Source of the DNA: Burkholderiaceae bacterium
GTDB taxonomy: Bacteria > Pseudomonadota > Gammaproteobacteria > Burkholderiales > Burkholderiaceae_E
DNA length: 32,000 nt
Assembly (NCBI GenBank): GCA_016710525.1
Contig: JADJVQ010000038.1
Span: 13,986-45,985 of the forward strand
Direction of reading: 5' to 3'
In this document: piece by piece, positions 19,233 through 27,806 of the stretch
Position numbering within the stretch: position 1 is the first letter of the stretch
How the letters are laid out: the number at the start of each line of letters is the position of its first letter
Notes under the pieces: generated by a model
Told to the model about the DNA's origin: nothing
Databases searched by the model: none
What the model saw: the letters and a program-made list of their open reading frames with translations, nothing else
Translations under genes and position numbers: made by a program

Positions 19233-19526
19233 TTATTCGGGCTGGATGCCCGCGTCCTTGATGCTGCGGCCCCACTGGCCATGCTGTTCGACAGCGAACT
19301 TCCTGAACTCCTCGACCGTGGACGGGAACGGCTCCAGCCCCAGGCCCATCATCCGCTCGCGGATCGCCGGCGTGGCCAGCACCTTGTTGACCGCCGCATT
19401 GAGCGTATTGACGATGGCCGGCGCGATCAGGCCGCCACACACGGCAAAGTTGTAACCTGGCACGGTCTCGCCCACGGGCGGCAGATCGGGCAGCAGCGCG
19501 AATACGGCTTTGCGCAACAACTTCAT
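19233..19526 (-). pseudogene. Bug-family (TctC-like) tripartite tricarboxylate transporter substrate-binding protein, internally deleted remnant
   Basis: The 97-aa ORF has a strong SD (AGGAGA at 19532..19537, complement). Its first ~12 aa (MKLLRKAVFALL) look like the start of a signal peptide. The remainder (PDLPPVGETVPGYNF..VNKVLATPAIRERMMGLGLEP..STVEEFRKFAVEQHGQWGRSIKDAGIQPE) corresponds to only the C-terminal ~85 aa of a normally ~320-aa Bug protein. Confidence 0.7.
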
Positions 19527-19595
19527 GTGTGTCTCCTGAGAGGGTCGCTCGCCGGGTCGCCACGATGGCGCCCGTTGAATCGCCCCGTAGTCTAC

Positions 19596-20755
19596 TCAGG
19601 ATGCGCGTTCGACCACCACGCCGCGCTCGATCAGTGCCGTCAGATCGGACTGCGCCAGGCCCCAGTCCACGGCGGCAGCGACCCCGCTGGGACCGGGCGC
19701 AACCGGCGCGGCCGGCGTGCCCGCCGGCGTGCGGCTGAAGCGCGGCGCCGGGGCGGGCTGGAGCACTCCGTCGACTTCGATGAACGTGCCGCGAGCCTTG
19801 TTGTGGGGATGGGCCTGCGCCGCACCGGGGGCCAGCACCGGCGCGAAGCAGGCATCGGTCCCTTCGAGCAGCGCGCACCAGTGCGCCGACGGCTTGGACT
19901 TGAAGATCTCGGCAAATCGCCGCTTGTAGGCCGGCCAATGGCGCCGGTCATCGAGCTCGGCAACCCGCTCGACCGGCAGCCCGAGGCGCTCGAACAGCAC
20001 CTCGCGAAACTTCATTTCGATCGGCGCGATGGTGACGAACTCGCCGTCGGCGCACTCGTACACCTCGTAGTGCGGCGCGCCGCTGTCCAGCAGGTTGTCG
20101 CCGCGCACGCCATTGTGCTGGCCGGCGCCCAGGCTGCCGAAGAACGAGGCCATCAGCGTCGCGGCGCCATCGACCATCGCGGTATCGACCACCTGCCCCT
20201 TGCCCGAGCGGGAGGCCTCGAGCAGTGCGCTGACGATGCCGAAAGCGAGCATCAGGCCGCCGCCGCCAAAATCGCCGACCAGGTTCAGGGGCGGTGTGGG
20301 CGCCGCGCCGGCACGGCCGATCGCATGCAGCGCGCCCGACATCGCGATGTAGTTCAGGTCGTGACCGGCCGCCAGGCTGAGCGGCCCTTCCTGGCCGAAA
20401 CCGGTCACCCGGCCATAGACCAGCCGGGATTGATGGCCAGGCAGTCCTGCGGCCCCAGGCCCAGGCGCTCCATCGCGCCGGGACGCAGGCCCTCGATCGT
20501 GGCATCGGCCTTGGCCACCAGACGACGCGCCAGCGCGATGCCCTCGGGATGCTTCAAGTCGACCGCCAGCACCCGCTTGCCGCGGTTGAGCAGGTCGAAG
20601 CGGGTTGGCTTTTGCACGCCCAGGCCGGTGGGCACGGCCCGATCCAGGCGCAGCACATCGGCGCCCAGATCGGCCAGCAGCATGCCGCACATCGGGCCGG
20701 GGCCGATGCCCGCGAACTCGAGGATCTTGAATCCGGCCAACGGGCCTTGTTTCAT
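19596..20755 (-). pseudogene. CaiB/BaiF family III CoA-transferase, interrupted by a 1-nt frameshift
   Basis: The N-terminal piece (20755..20405) reads MKQGPLAGFKILEFAGIGPGPMCGMLLADLGADV...LAINPGWSMAG*. The C-terminal piece in another frame reads ..RLVYGRVTGFGQEGPLSLAAGHDLNYIAMSGAL... The conserved NPRLVY block is split at 20424..20428 (ccggg). One extra base in this run would restore a ~385-aa protein. Confidence 0.75.
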
Positions 20756-20810
20756 GGTCTGTCCTTCCACGCGAAGCGTTGATTCGATGTGCCGGGTCAA
20801 TGCGGCCAGG

Positions 20811-21977
20811 TCAATACGATTTCGGCAGGCCGAGCACGCGCTCGGCGATGTAGCAGAGGATCAGATGCGGGGTGATCGGGGCAAGGCGGGGCACCATCAC
20901 TTCGCGCAGGTAGCGCTCGACGTGGAACTCCTTGGCGTAGCCATAGCCGCCGTGCGTCATCACCGCCTGCTGGCAGGCGTTGAAACCGGCCTCGCCGGCC
21001 AGGTACTTGGCGGCATTGGCGGCCGCGCCGCAGGGCAGGTTGTTGTCGTACTGCCAGGCCGCCGACATCGTCATCAGCCAGGCCGCTTCGAGTTCCATCC
21101 AGTTCTGCGCCAGCGGATGCTGGATCGCCTGGTTCTGGCCGATCGGGCGATTGAAGACGATGCGCTCCTTGGCATAGGCAGTGGCCCGGCGCAGGGCGGC
21201 ATGACCGAGGCCGACGGCTTCGGCGGCGATCATCACCCGCTCGGGGTTCATGCCGTGCAGGATGTACTCGAAGCCCTTGCCCTCTTCGCCGATACGGTCT
21301 TCGACCGGGATCTGGAAGTTCTCGATGAACAGCTCGTTGGAGTCGATCGCCTTGCGGCCCATCTTGTCGATCTCGCGCGCGGTGATGCGGCTGCGGTCGA
21401 AGTCGGTGTAAAAAAGGCTCAGGCCCTCGGTGGGCCGCTTGACCTCTTCGAGCGGCGTGGTGCGCGCCAGCAGCAGGATCTTGTCGGCCACCTGCGCCGT
21501 CGAGATCCAGACCTTGTGGCCGTCGACCACATACACGTCGCCCTTGCGCACGGCGCGGGTTTTCAGCTGCGTGGTGTTCAGGCCGGTATTGGGTTCGGTC
21601 ACCGCGAAGCAGGCCTTCTGTTTGCCCTGCACCATCGGCGGCAGCATGCGCAGCTTCTGCTCGTGCGTGCCGAACACCACCACCGGGTTCAGGCCGAAGA
21701 TGTTGATGTGCACCGCGGACGCGCCCGACATGCCGGCACCGGACTCGCTGATGGCGCGCGCGACGATGGTCGCTTCCATCACGCCCAGGCCCGAGCCGCC
21801 GTACGCCTCGGGCGTGCACACGCCCAGCCAGCCGTCGGCCGCCAGGGCGTCGTACAGTTCGTACGGAAAGCCGCCTTCCTTGTCCTTGACCATCCAGTAG
21901 TGGTCGTCGAAGTTGCGGCAGATGCGGGCAACCGATTCGCGAATCGATTCCTGCTCGGGGGTCAGTGCGAAGTCCAT
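20811..21977 (-). CDS. Acyl-CoA dehydrogenase family protein
   Basis: I prefer the start MDFALTPEQ at 21977. 388 aa with typical ACAD blocks: CFAVTEPNTGLNT, VWISTAQVAD, YAKERIVFNRPIGQNQAIQHPLA, THGGYGYAKEFHVERYLRE. Confidence 0.9.
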   Translation of the reverse strand: MDFALTPEQESIRESVARICRNFDDHYWMVKDKEGGFPYELYDALAADGWLGVCTPEAYGGSGLGVMEATIVARAISESGAGMSGASAVHINIFGLNPVVVFGTHEQKLRMLPPMVQGKQKACFAVTEPNTGLNTTQLKTRAVRKGDVYVVDGHKVWISTAQVADKILLLARTTPLEEVKRPTEGLSLFYTDFDRSRITAREIDKMGRKAIDSNELFIENFQIPVEDRIGEEGKGFEYILHGMNPERVMIAAEAVGLGHAALRRATAYAKERIVFNRPIGQNQAIQHPLAQNWMELEAAWLMTMSAAWQYDNNLPCGAAANAAKYLAGEAGFNACQQAVMTHGGYGYAKEFHVERYLREVMVPRLAPITPHLILCYIAERVLGLPKSY

Positions 21978-22081
21978 GGTGGTGGCCGGCCTATTGAAAC
22001 GGGATCCCGGCACACGCCGGGCAGCAATTGTCGACCGCATCGCCCGTTCCGGCCAAATGAGCGCGAGAGTTTCGAGACGAA

Positions 22082-22110
22082 GGCGTTCCGCGACTGGCGT
22101 GCGGAACGCC
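22082..22110 (-). terminator. Candidate intrinsic terminator after the MATE gene
   Basis: GGCGTTCCGC (22082..22091) / GCGGAACGCC (22101..22110) form a perfect 10-bp stem with a 9-nt loop. It lies 12 nt after the MATE stop and is followed on the minus strand by TTCGTCTC. A second hairpin, CCCGGC-acac-GCCGGG, sits at 22006..22021. Confidence 0.4.
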
Positions 22111-22122
22111 CCAGGGTGCGCT

Positions 22123-23559
22123 TCAGGCAGCCCACCGAGTCCGGTAGACACTCGTGATGATCATCACGCCATAGATGAAGATGCCCGAGGCCGCCAGCGC
22201 GCAGATCGCCCACAGCGGCGCTCCCAGCAGGGTCAGCAGCGAACCGCCCACGAGAATGACCAGCAGCCGCGCACTGGCCGACAGCACCGGCCAGAGCACG
22301 CGACCGGCCCCCTGCGAGGCGAAATACAGTGCCGCCCCCATCGCCAGCAGGACATACATCGGCCCCACCCAGTGCAGGTACAGCCCTCCGGTGGCCAGCA
22401 CCGCGGCATCGGTGCTGAACATGGTTGTCCACCAGGCCGGATACACACTGGCTGTCAGACCCAGCAGGCCGCAGGGCAGCGCACCCATCGCCGCGCCGGT
22501 GAAGGCAGCCCGCTTGGCGCGCCGCTCGTTGCCCGCGCCCACCGCGATGCCCACCATCGGCACCAGCGCCTGCCCGAACGCGAAGACCACCGACATCATC
22601 AGCAGTTCCAGCCGGACGCTCACTCCGTAGCCGGCCAGCGCGGCCGTGCCGTAGCGGCCGATGATTCCGGTGAGCAGCAGAGCGCCCAGCACCTGCTGCA
22701 GTGCCGACAAGGCCGACAGCCCGCCGACCCGCAGGATCCGCACGAATCCTTCGCGGTGCAGCCGCAGGTCGCTGCGCCGCGGCCGCAGGCGGCTGCCCGG
22801 GCGAAAGACCGCGATCGCACCCAGCAGAGTGGAGGTGCCCGCGGCGCAAAGGTAGGCGATCGCCGCGCCGCGAATGCCCATCGCCGGAAAACCCGCCCAG
22901 CCCAGCACGAGCGCCCCCGAGATCGGGATGTGGACGAAATAGGCGACCACCTGCACCAGCGCCGGCAGCACGGTGTTGCCGGTGCCGCGCAGCAGGCTGG
23001 AGAAGGTGTTGGTCAGCCAGACGAACAAGGCGCCCGCGAACAGCAGGTTGGAGTAAGCCAGCGCCAGCGACAACGGCCGCCCGGTTCCGCCCAGCAGGCG
23101 AAAGATCGCCTGTCCCAGGCCCAGCATCAGCGCCGTGTAGGCCAGCCCGGCGACGATGGCGATCAGGCAGGCATGGATGACCACGGAACGCGCCCCCGCT
23201 TCATCGCCCGCGCCGAGGGATCGGGCCACCGCCGAGGACACGCCACCGCCCATCGCGCCGCCCGACAGCATCTGCAGCAGTTGCACCATCGGGAACACCA
23301 GCGAAAACCCGGCCAGCGACTCGGTGCCCAGCCTGCCGATGTAGTAGGTGTCGGCCACCGACACCGAGACCTGGAACAGCACCAGCACCAGGGCCGGGCC
23401 GGCGAGTTTCAGGATCGTGGGGACGATGGGGGCGTCGAGCAGCGGATGGGCGCGACGGCCGGCACTGGTGTGCGCCGCGGCGACAGGTGAAGGGGCCGCC
23501 GCCGCATGGGCTGGGGCGGCCCCACCCGGCGTGGCGGGCGGTTCAGTGGTACGACTCAT
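22123..23559 (-). CDS. MATE-family efflux transporter
   Basis: 478 aa, ~12 hydrophobic segments. Typical MATE N-terminal block: ILKLAGPALVLVLFQVSVSVADTYYIGRLG. There is no clear SD at 23559, so the start is somewhat uncertain. Confidence 0.8.
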   Translation of the reverse strand: MSRTTEPPATPGGAAPAHAAAAPSPVAAAHTSAGRRAHPLLDAPIVPTILKLAGPALVLVLFQVSVSVADTYYIGRLGTESLAGFSLVFPMVQLLQMLSGGAMGGGVSSAVARSLGAGDEAGARSVVIHACLIAIVAGLAYTALMLGLGQAIFRLLGGTGRPLSLALAYSNLLFAGALFVWLTNTFSSLLRGTGNTVLPALVQVVAYFVHIPISGALVLGWAGFPAMGIRGAAIAYLCAAGTSTLLGAIAVFRPGSRLRPRRSDLRLHREGFVRILRVGGLSALSALQQVLGALLLTGIIGRYGTAALAGYGVSVRLELLMMSVVFAFGQALVPMVGIAVGAGNERRAKRAAFTGAAMGALPCGLLGLTASVYPAWWTTMFSTDAAVLATGGLYLHWVGPMYVLLAMGAALYFASQGAGRVLWPVLSASARLLVILVGGSLLTLLGAPLWAICALAASGIFIYGVMIITSVYRTRWAA

Positions 23560-23670
23560 CGGCGCAGTGTAGTGGCGCCCCGCCCCCCTTGCTTATACTC
23601 GGCCCACGGCTGATTCCGATTCACCCCAGTCAGCCGATTCCATCCCCGGACCTGCATTCGGAAAGCCATC

Positions 23671-24693
23671 ATGTTCGAACCCACACTGGCCGGCAGCCTG
23701 CCCAAACCGGCCTGGCTGGCCGAGACCCACAAGCTCTGGCCGCAATGGAAGAGCGCGGGCGACGAGCTGCGCGATGCCAAGGCCGACGCCACGCTGCTGT
23801 GGCTCAAGCTCCAGGAGGACGCCGGCCTTGCGATCGTCAGCGATGGCGAACAGTCGCGACAGCACTTCGTGCACGGGTTTCTCGAAGCGGTCGAAGGAAT
23901 CGACTTCGAGCACAAGGTCAAGATGGGCATCCGCAACAACCGCTACGACGCCATGGTGCCGCAGGTGGTGGGCGAGCTGCGGCTCAAGGGCCGGGTGCAT
24001 CAGGCCGAAGCGCGCCTGGCCCGCGCCCACACCGAGCGCAAGCTGAAGATCACGCTGCCCGGCCCGATGACCATCGTCGACACCGTGGCCGACCGCTTCT
24101 ACGGCGACAAGGCCAAAATGGCGATGGCGTTCGCGGGCTTGCTGAACCAGGAGGCCCATGCCCTGCAGGCCGATGGCGTGGACGTCATTCAGTTCGACGA
24201 GCCGGCCTTCAACGTGTTCATGGACGAGGTCACGGTCTGGGGCATCGACGCCCTGCACCGGGCCATCGACGGCCTCACCTGCACCACCGCGGTCCACATC
24301 TGCTACGGCTACGGCATCGCCGCCAATGTCGACTGGAAGAAAACGCTCGGGCAGGAGTGGCGCCAGTACGAAAAGATCTTCCCGGCGCTGGCCGCCAGCC
24401 GCATCGATCAGGTTTCGCTGGAATGCGCCGGCTCGCAGGTGCCGGCCGAACTGATGGCCCTGCTGGCCGGCAAGGATGTGCTGGTCGGTGTGATCGACGT
24501 CGCCTCGGATCGCGTCGAGACACCTGAAGAGGTCGCCGACACGATCGGACGGGCCTTGCAGTTCGTTGCGCGCGAACGCCTGTTTCCGTGCACCAACTGC
24601 GGCATGGCCCCGATGGACCAGAGCATCGCGCGCCGCAAGCTCGAGGCCCTGGCCAAGGGCGCGCAGCTCGCCCGCCAGCGCTACGGCGGCTGA
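23671..24693 (+). CDS. Short single-domain MetE-like protein (cobalamin-independent methionine synthase C-terminal-domain family)
   Basis: 340 aa. N-terminal TLAGSLPKPAWL, then IVSDGEQSRQHF, VIQFDEPAF, and putative Zn-ligand positions in HICYGY and FPCTNCGM. GGAAAG SD lies 6 nt upstream of the ATG. Confidence 0.75.
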   Translation: MFEPTLAGSLPKPAWLAETHKLWPQWKSAGDELRDAKADATLLWLKLQEDAGLAIVSDGEQSRQHFVHGFLEAVEGIDFEHKVKMGIRNNRYDAMVPQVVGELRLKGRVHQAEARLARAHTERKLKITLPGPMTIVDTVADRFYGDKAKMAMAFAGLLNQEAHALQADGVDVIQFDEPAFNVFMDEVTVWGIDALHRAIDGLTCTTAVHICYGYGIAANVDWKKTLGQEWRQYEKIFPALAASRIDQVSLECAGSQVPAELMALLAGKDVLVGVIDVASDRVETPEEVADTIGRALQFVARERLFPCTNCGMAPMDQSIARRKLEALAKGAQLARQRYGG

Positions 24694-24712
24694 GGCCGCG
24701 AGGGCTGGCGGG

Positions 24713-25834
24713 TCACGACCGCGCCAGCCAATCCCGAGGGCGCAGCAACGGATATCCGAGCGCACCCGCCACCACCGGGTGCACCACCTCGCCGCGCGCC
24801 ACATTCAGTCCGGCCAGCAGATGCGCGTCGTCGGCCATCGCCTGGCGCCAGCCTTTGTCGGCCAGCGCGAGCACGAAGGGCAGCGTGGCGTGATTGAGCG
24901 CGTGAGCCGAAGTGCGCGGCACTGCGCCCGGCATGTTGGCCACGCAATAGTGGATGACGCCGTCGACCTCGAAGGTGGGCTCGGCATGGGTCGTGACGCG
25001 CGAGGTCTCGAAGCACCCGCCCTGGTCGATGGCGACGTCGACCAGCACCGCCCCTTTGCGCATCCGGGCGACATGCTCGCGCGTGACCAGCCGCGGCGCC
25101 ACACCGCCGGGCACCAGCACCGCGCCGATCACCAGATCAGCCTGGCGCAGCTGGGAGGCGAGCGTTTCGCGATCTGAGTACGCGGTGATCACGCGCGCGC
25201 CGAAGCGGGCCTCGATCCGGCGCAGGGCGTCCAGCGAACGGTCCAGCACCGTCACGATCGCGCCCGACCCGACCGCCATGATGGCGGCATTGGTGCCGAC
25301 CATGCCGGCGCCCAGCACCAGCACCCGCGCGGGCTCGACTCCCGGCACGCCGCCCAGCAGGATGCCCATGCCCCCGCGGCTGCGCTCCAGGCTGGCGGCA
25401 CCGACCTGGATCGACAGCCGCCCGGCCACTTCGGACATCGGCGCGAGCAGCGGCAGGCCGCCGCCGCTGGCGGTGACGGTCTCGTAGGCGACGCACACCG
25501 CGCCGCTGGCCAGCAGATCGCGGCACTGCCCGGGGTCGGGCGCAAGATGCAGGTAGGTGAACAGCACCTGTCCGGCCCGCAGCCGCGCCCGCTCGGCCGC
25601 CTGCGGCTCCTTGACCTTGACGATGAGGTCGCTGAGGGCGAACACCTCCGCCCCCGACGCAACCAGGCTGGCGCCGGCCTCGCGGTAGTCGGCATCGCCG
25701 GCGCCGATGCCGGCCCCGGCGCCGGTCTCGACCACGACGCGGTGGCCGTGCGCGACGACTTCACGGACCGAAGCGGGCGTCAGGCCCACCCGATACTCGT
25801 GGACCTTGATCTCCCTTGGCACGCCGACGAGCAT
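24713..25834 (-). CDS. ald: Alanine dehydrogenase
   Basis: I prefer the start [20 protein letters not shown] at 25834, with a perfect AGGAGG SD (25842..25847, complement). NAD fold [14 protein letters not shown] is present. 373 aa, colinear with Ald as I recall it. Confidence 0.9.
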   Translation of the reverse strand: MLVGVPREIKVHEYRVGLTPASVREVVAHGHRVVVETGAGAGIGAGDADYREAGASLVASGAEVFALSDLIVKVKEPQAAERARLRAGQVLFTYLHLAPDPGQCRDLLASGAVCVAYETVTASGGGLPLLAPMSEVAGRLSIQVGAASLERSRGGMGILLGGVPGVEPARVLVLGAGMVGTNAAIMAVGSGAIVTVLDRSLDALRRIEARFGARVITAYSDRETLASQLRQADLVIGAVLVPGGVAPRLVTREHVARMRKGAVLVDVAIDQGGCFETSRVTTHAEPTFEVDGVIHYCVANMPGAVPRTSAHALNHATLPFVLALADKGWRQAMADDAHLLAGLNVARGEVVHPVVAGALGYPLLRPRDWLARS

Positions 25835-27305
25835 CGATCGTCCTCCTGGTGCTGCGCGCCCCCAGGCAGGCGTGGTGATACGCCCTGCGGCGCGGGGCCC
25901 GCGGGCCGAGCACCTCACGCAGCTTGCCGCTGACCGGATCGGACTGCGGGGCGCGCGCATCACGCCGGATCGTGACATGGCCCAGTCCGTGCCGCGACAG
26001 GTAAGCGCGCAAACAGGCCACCAGCCGCTGCCAGACCACCTCGGGCTGTTCGCCCGACGGCGGGTCGAAGCGGATCCGCAGCGCCCGCCGCCCGGTCTGG
26101 ATCACCTGGAACCGGTGCACACCCGAGCCCTCCTCGATGACGGTCGCCAGCGCCAGGGGCACCAGTCTGACCGATTGTCCGTTCAGCGTCTGGAGCACGA
26201 CGATGTCGTCCCGGCGTCCGTCGACATCGATCATCGGAAACGGCGAACCGCATGCGCAGACGCCCGGGCGCAGCGTGATGCTGTCGCCCAGGTCGTAGCG
26301 CACCAGCGGCTGCACATGGTTCGCGAGATTGGTCAGCAGCACGCTGGCCGACGCCTGACCGGGTTCGGTCGGCCGGCCCTCGGAGTCGATCGGCTCCAGG
26401 ATCACCCAGTCGCTGTTCAGATGGAGCGCGCCATGCCCGCAGTCGAACGCCATCTGCATGCACTCCGAGGCGCCGTACCCGTTGACCACCTGGCAGCCGA
26501 GCGCCCGTTCGATTTCGGTGCGCTCGGCGTCGGCCAGGGTCTCGCCGCCGCTCCAGGCGACCCGCGGTGCGATGCGCAGGCGCCCGGCCTCGCGTTCGGC
26601 CGCGAGCAGCAGCAGGGTGGTGGGATAACTGGCGATCACCTGCGGATCCCAGGCGTTGAGGGCGTCGACCAGCGAGTCGATCGGCTCCAGCACCGAGAAC
26701 GAACGGGTCAGCGACCGAACCCATGGATTGGCGGATCGCAACCGCTCCCAGGACACGACACCGGCAAAGTGCCCGCCCAGCGCCACGATCATCGCGAACC
26801 GGTGACCCGCGGCCAGGCTGCGCAGCGGCGAAGCCGCCATCGCCCGTGCGGGACAGCGCAGTGTCGACAAGGCATCGTAGATCGACAACGCGCGCGCATC
26901 CTGCACGAAGACGCCGGGGCTGCCGGTGCTGCCGGAACTCGTCCAGACGGTGTATCGGCCCAGGTACTGCTCGCCGATCCGTTGCGGATCGGCGATGAAC
27001 GGCAGGACCTCGTCGAGGCGGATCTCGGGATCGGTGACCCACTCGTCGAAATGCCCCATCAGTTCGACCTTGCCGATCGGGGCGAGGCGCGCAAAGCCGG
27101 CCACTCCGGCCGGTGCGTCGGCAAAACGGGTGCGATAGACGGGTGACCGGGCCGCCGCAGCCTCGAGCAGGGCCTGCAGCCGCGCCTCGCGCTGACGGGC
27201 GATGGCGCGGGCATCGCCCATGGCGCTCATCCACACTTCCTGGGTCGCCGCGCCCCAGCGCAACCAGTCCGAGAGCGCGCCAACCGGGTCGAACGGCCAC
27301 GTCAT
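25761..27305 (-). CDS. Phenylacetate-CoA ligase (PaaK)/coenzyme F390 synthetase-like adenylate-forming enzyme
   Basis: I prefer the start MTWPFDP at 27305 (GGAGAG SD). Motifs TSSGSTGSPGVF, NGYGASE, RYDLGD and SGKLREV are present. The last ~45 codons are Arg/Pro/Gly-rich, look like read-through, and overlap the ald SD and its first 24 codons. Confidence 0.7.
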   Translation of the reverse strand: MTWPFDPVGALSDWLRWGAATQEVWMSAMGDARAIARQREARLQALLEAAAARSPVYRTRFADAPAGVAGFARLAPIGKVELMGHFDEWVTDPEIRLDEVLPFIADPQRIGEQYLGRYTVWTSSGSTGSPGVFVQDARALSIYDALSTLRCPARAMAASPLRSLAAGHRFAMIVALGGHFAGVVSWERLRSANPWVRSLTRSFSVLEPIDSLVDALNAWDPQVIASYPTTLLLLAAEREAGRLRIAPRVAWSGGETLADAERTEIERALGCQVVNGYGASECMQMAFDCGHGALHLNSDWVILEPIDSEGRPTEPGQASASVLLTNLANHVQPLVRYDLGDSITLRPGVCACGSPFPMIDVDGRRDDIVVLQTLNGQSVRLVPLALATVIEEGSGVHRFQVIQTGRRALRIRFDPPSGEQPEVVWQRLVACLRAYLSRHGLGHVTIRRDARAPQSDPVSGKLREVLGPRAPRRRAYHHACLGARSTRRTIDARRRAKGDQGPRVSGGPDARFGP

Positions 27306-27360
27306 CTCGCTCTCCAAAGCCGGACTGCCAGGGATCGGCCCGGCGCCGTCGGCAACGGCC

Positions 27361-27564
27361 TCAGGCCCGCAGCCGTCCGCCCTGGCCTGGATCCAGCGCG
27401 GCGCAGGGCCCGGGGCCGCGCACGGCCGCATCGGCCATGCCCCGGTCCGCGGCTTGCGACTGCGCCATTTGCCCGGCAGGCGCCGCCTCCGGCATCAGAA
27501 GCAACGCACCGAGAGCGAACATCAGCGCCAATGCCGTCTTCAGCCAATCCGATCCTGCCATCAT
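27361..27564 (-). CDS. Hypothetical small secreted protein (67 aa), tentative
   Basis: AGGAG SD (27571..27575, complement) lies 6 nt from ATG 27564. The N-terminus MMAGSDWLKTALALMFALGALLLMPEAAPA/GQ looks like a Sec signal peptide with an AxA site. My hand count of third-position G/C is 53 of 67 codons. I recognise no family. Confidence 0.35.
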   Translation of the reverse strand: MMAGSDWLKTALALMFALGALLLMPEAAPAGQMAQSQAADRGMADAAVRGPGPCAALDPGQGGRLRA

Positions 27565-27806
27565 CACGATCTCCTGCTTGGGCAGATGCCCGGTTGCGCG
27601 AGCGGTCGCGTCACGCGAGGGCTGTGTCGACCACCACGTGGTCGCCCCTTTTCATGATCCGCCTGGCGCCGAGGCAGCTCATTGAGCATGCGCAATCAGT
27701 CGAAGCGCCGCAAGGACTCGAAGTTGTGCCGAGCAAGGTCCGAGCGTCAGGAAGACCTGCTCCGTCGCGACCCAGGAGCCGATATCAATGCGTCCCGGAG
27801 ACCGCC

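Noticed and set aside
16027-19938. 1303-aa ORF on the minus strand, the longest in the track
   Set aside because: Only its last 295 codons (16027..16914) read like a real protein (VOC-like, with its own SD and ATG). The upstream ~1000 codons are Arg/Ala/Gly/Pro-rich nonsense, out of frame with the well-supported SDR, MFS and Bug ORFs on the same strand. This is the stop-poor alternative frame typical of high-GC DNA.
19164-22157. 997-aa plus-strand ORF
   Set aside because: It is antisense to the ACAD, CoA-transferase and Bug genes, which have clear family motifs. Its translation is low-complexity (R/A/G/H/D-rich) with no recognisable domain. It is a shadow ORF.
23560-23670. Possible riboswitch (cobalamin or SAM class) in the leader of the MetE-like gene
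   Set aside because: At ~110 nt the leader is too short for a cobalamin riboswitch. I could not find a convincing B12-box or a SAM-II-like pseudoknot core by eye. Only a GATTCC direct repeat and a TATACT hexamer (23594..23599) without a good -35 are present. An Rfam scan would be needed to settle it.
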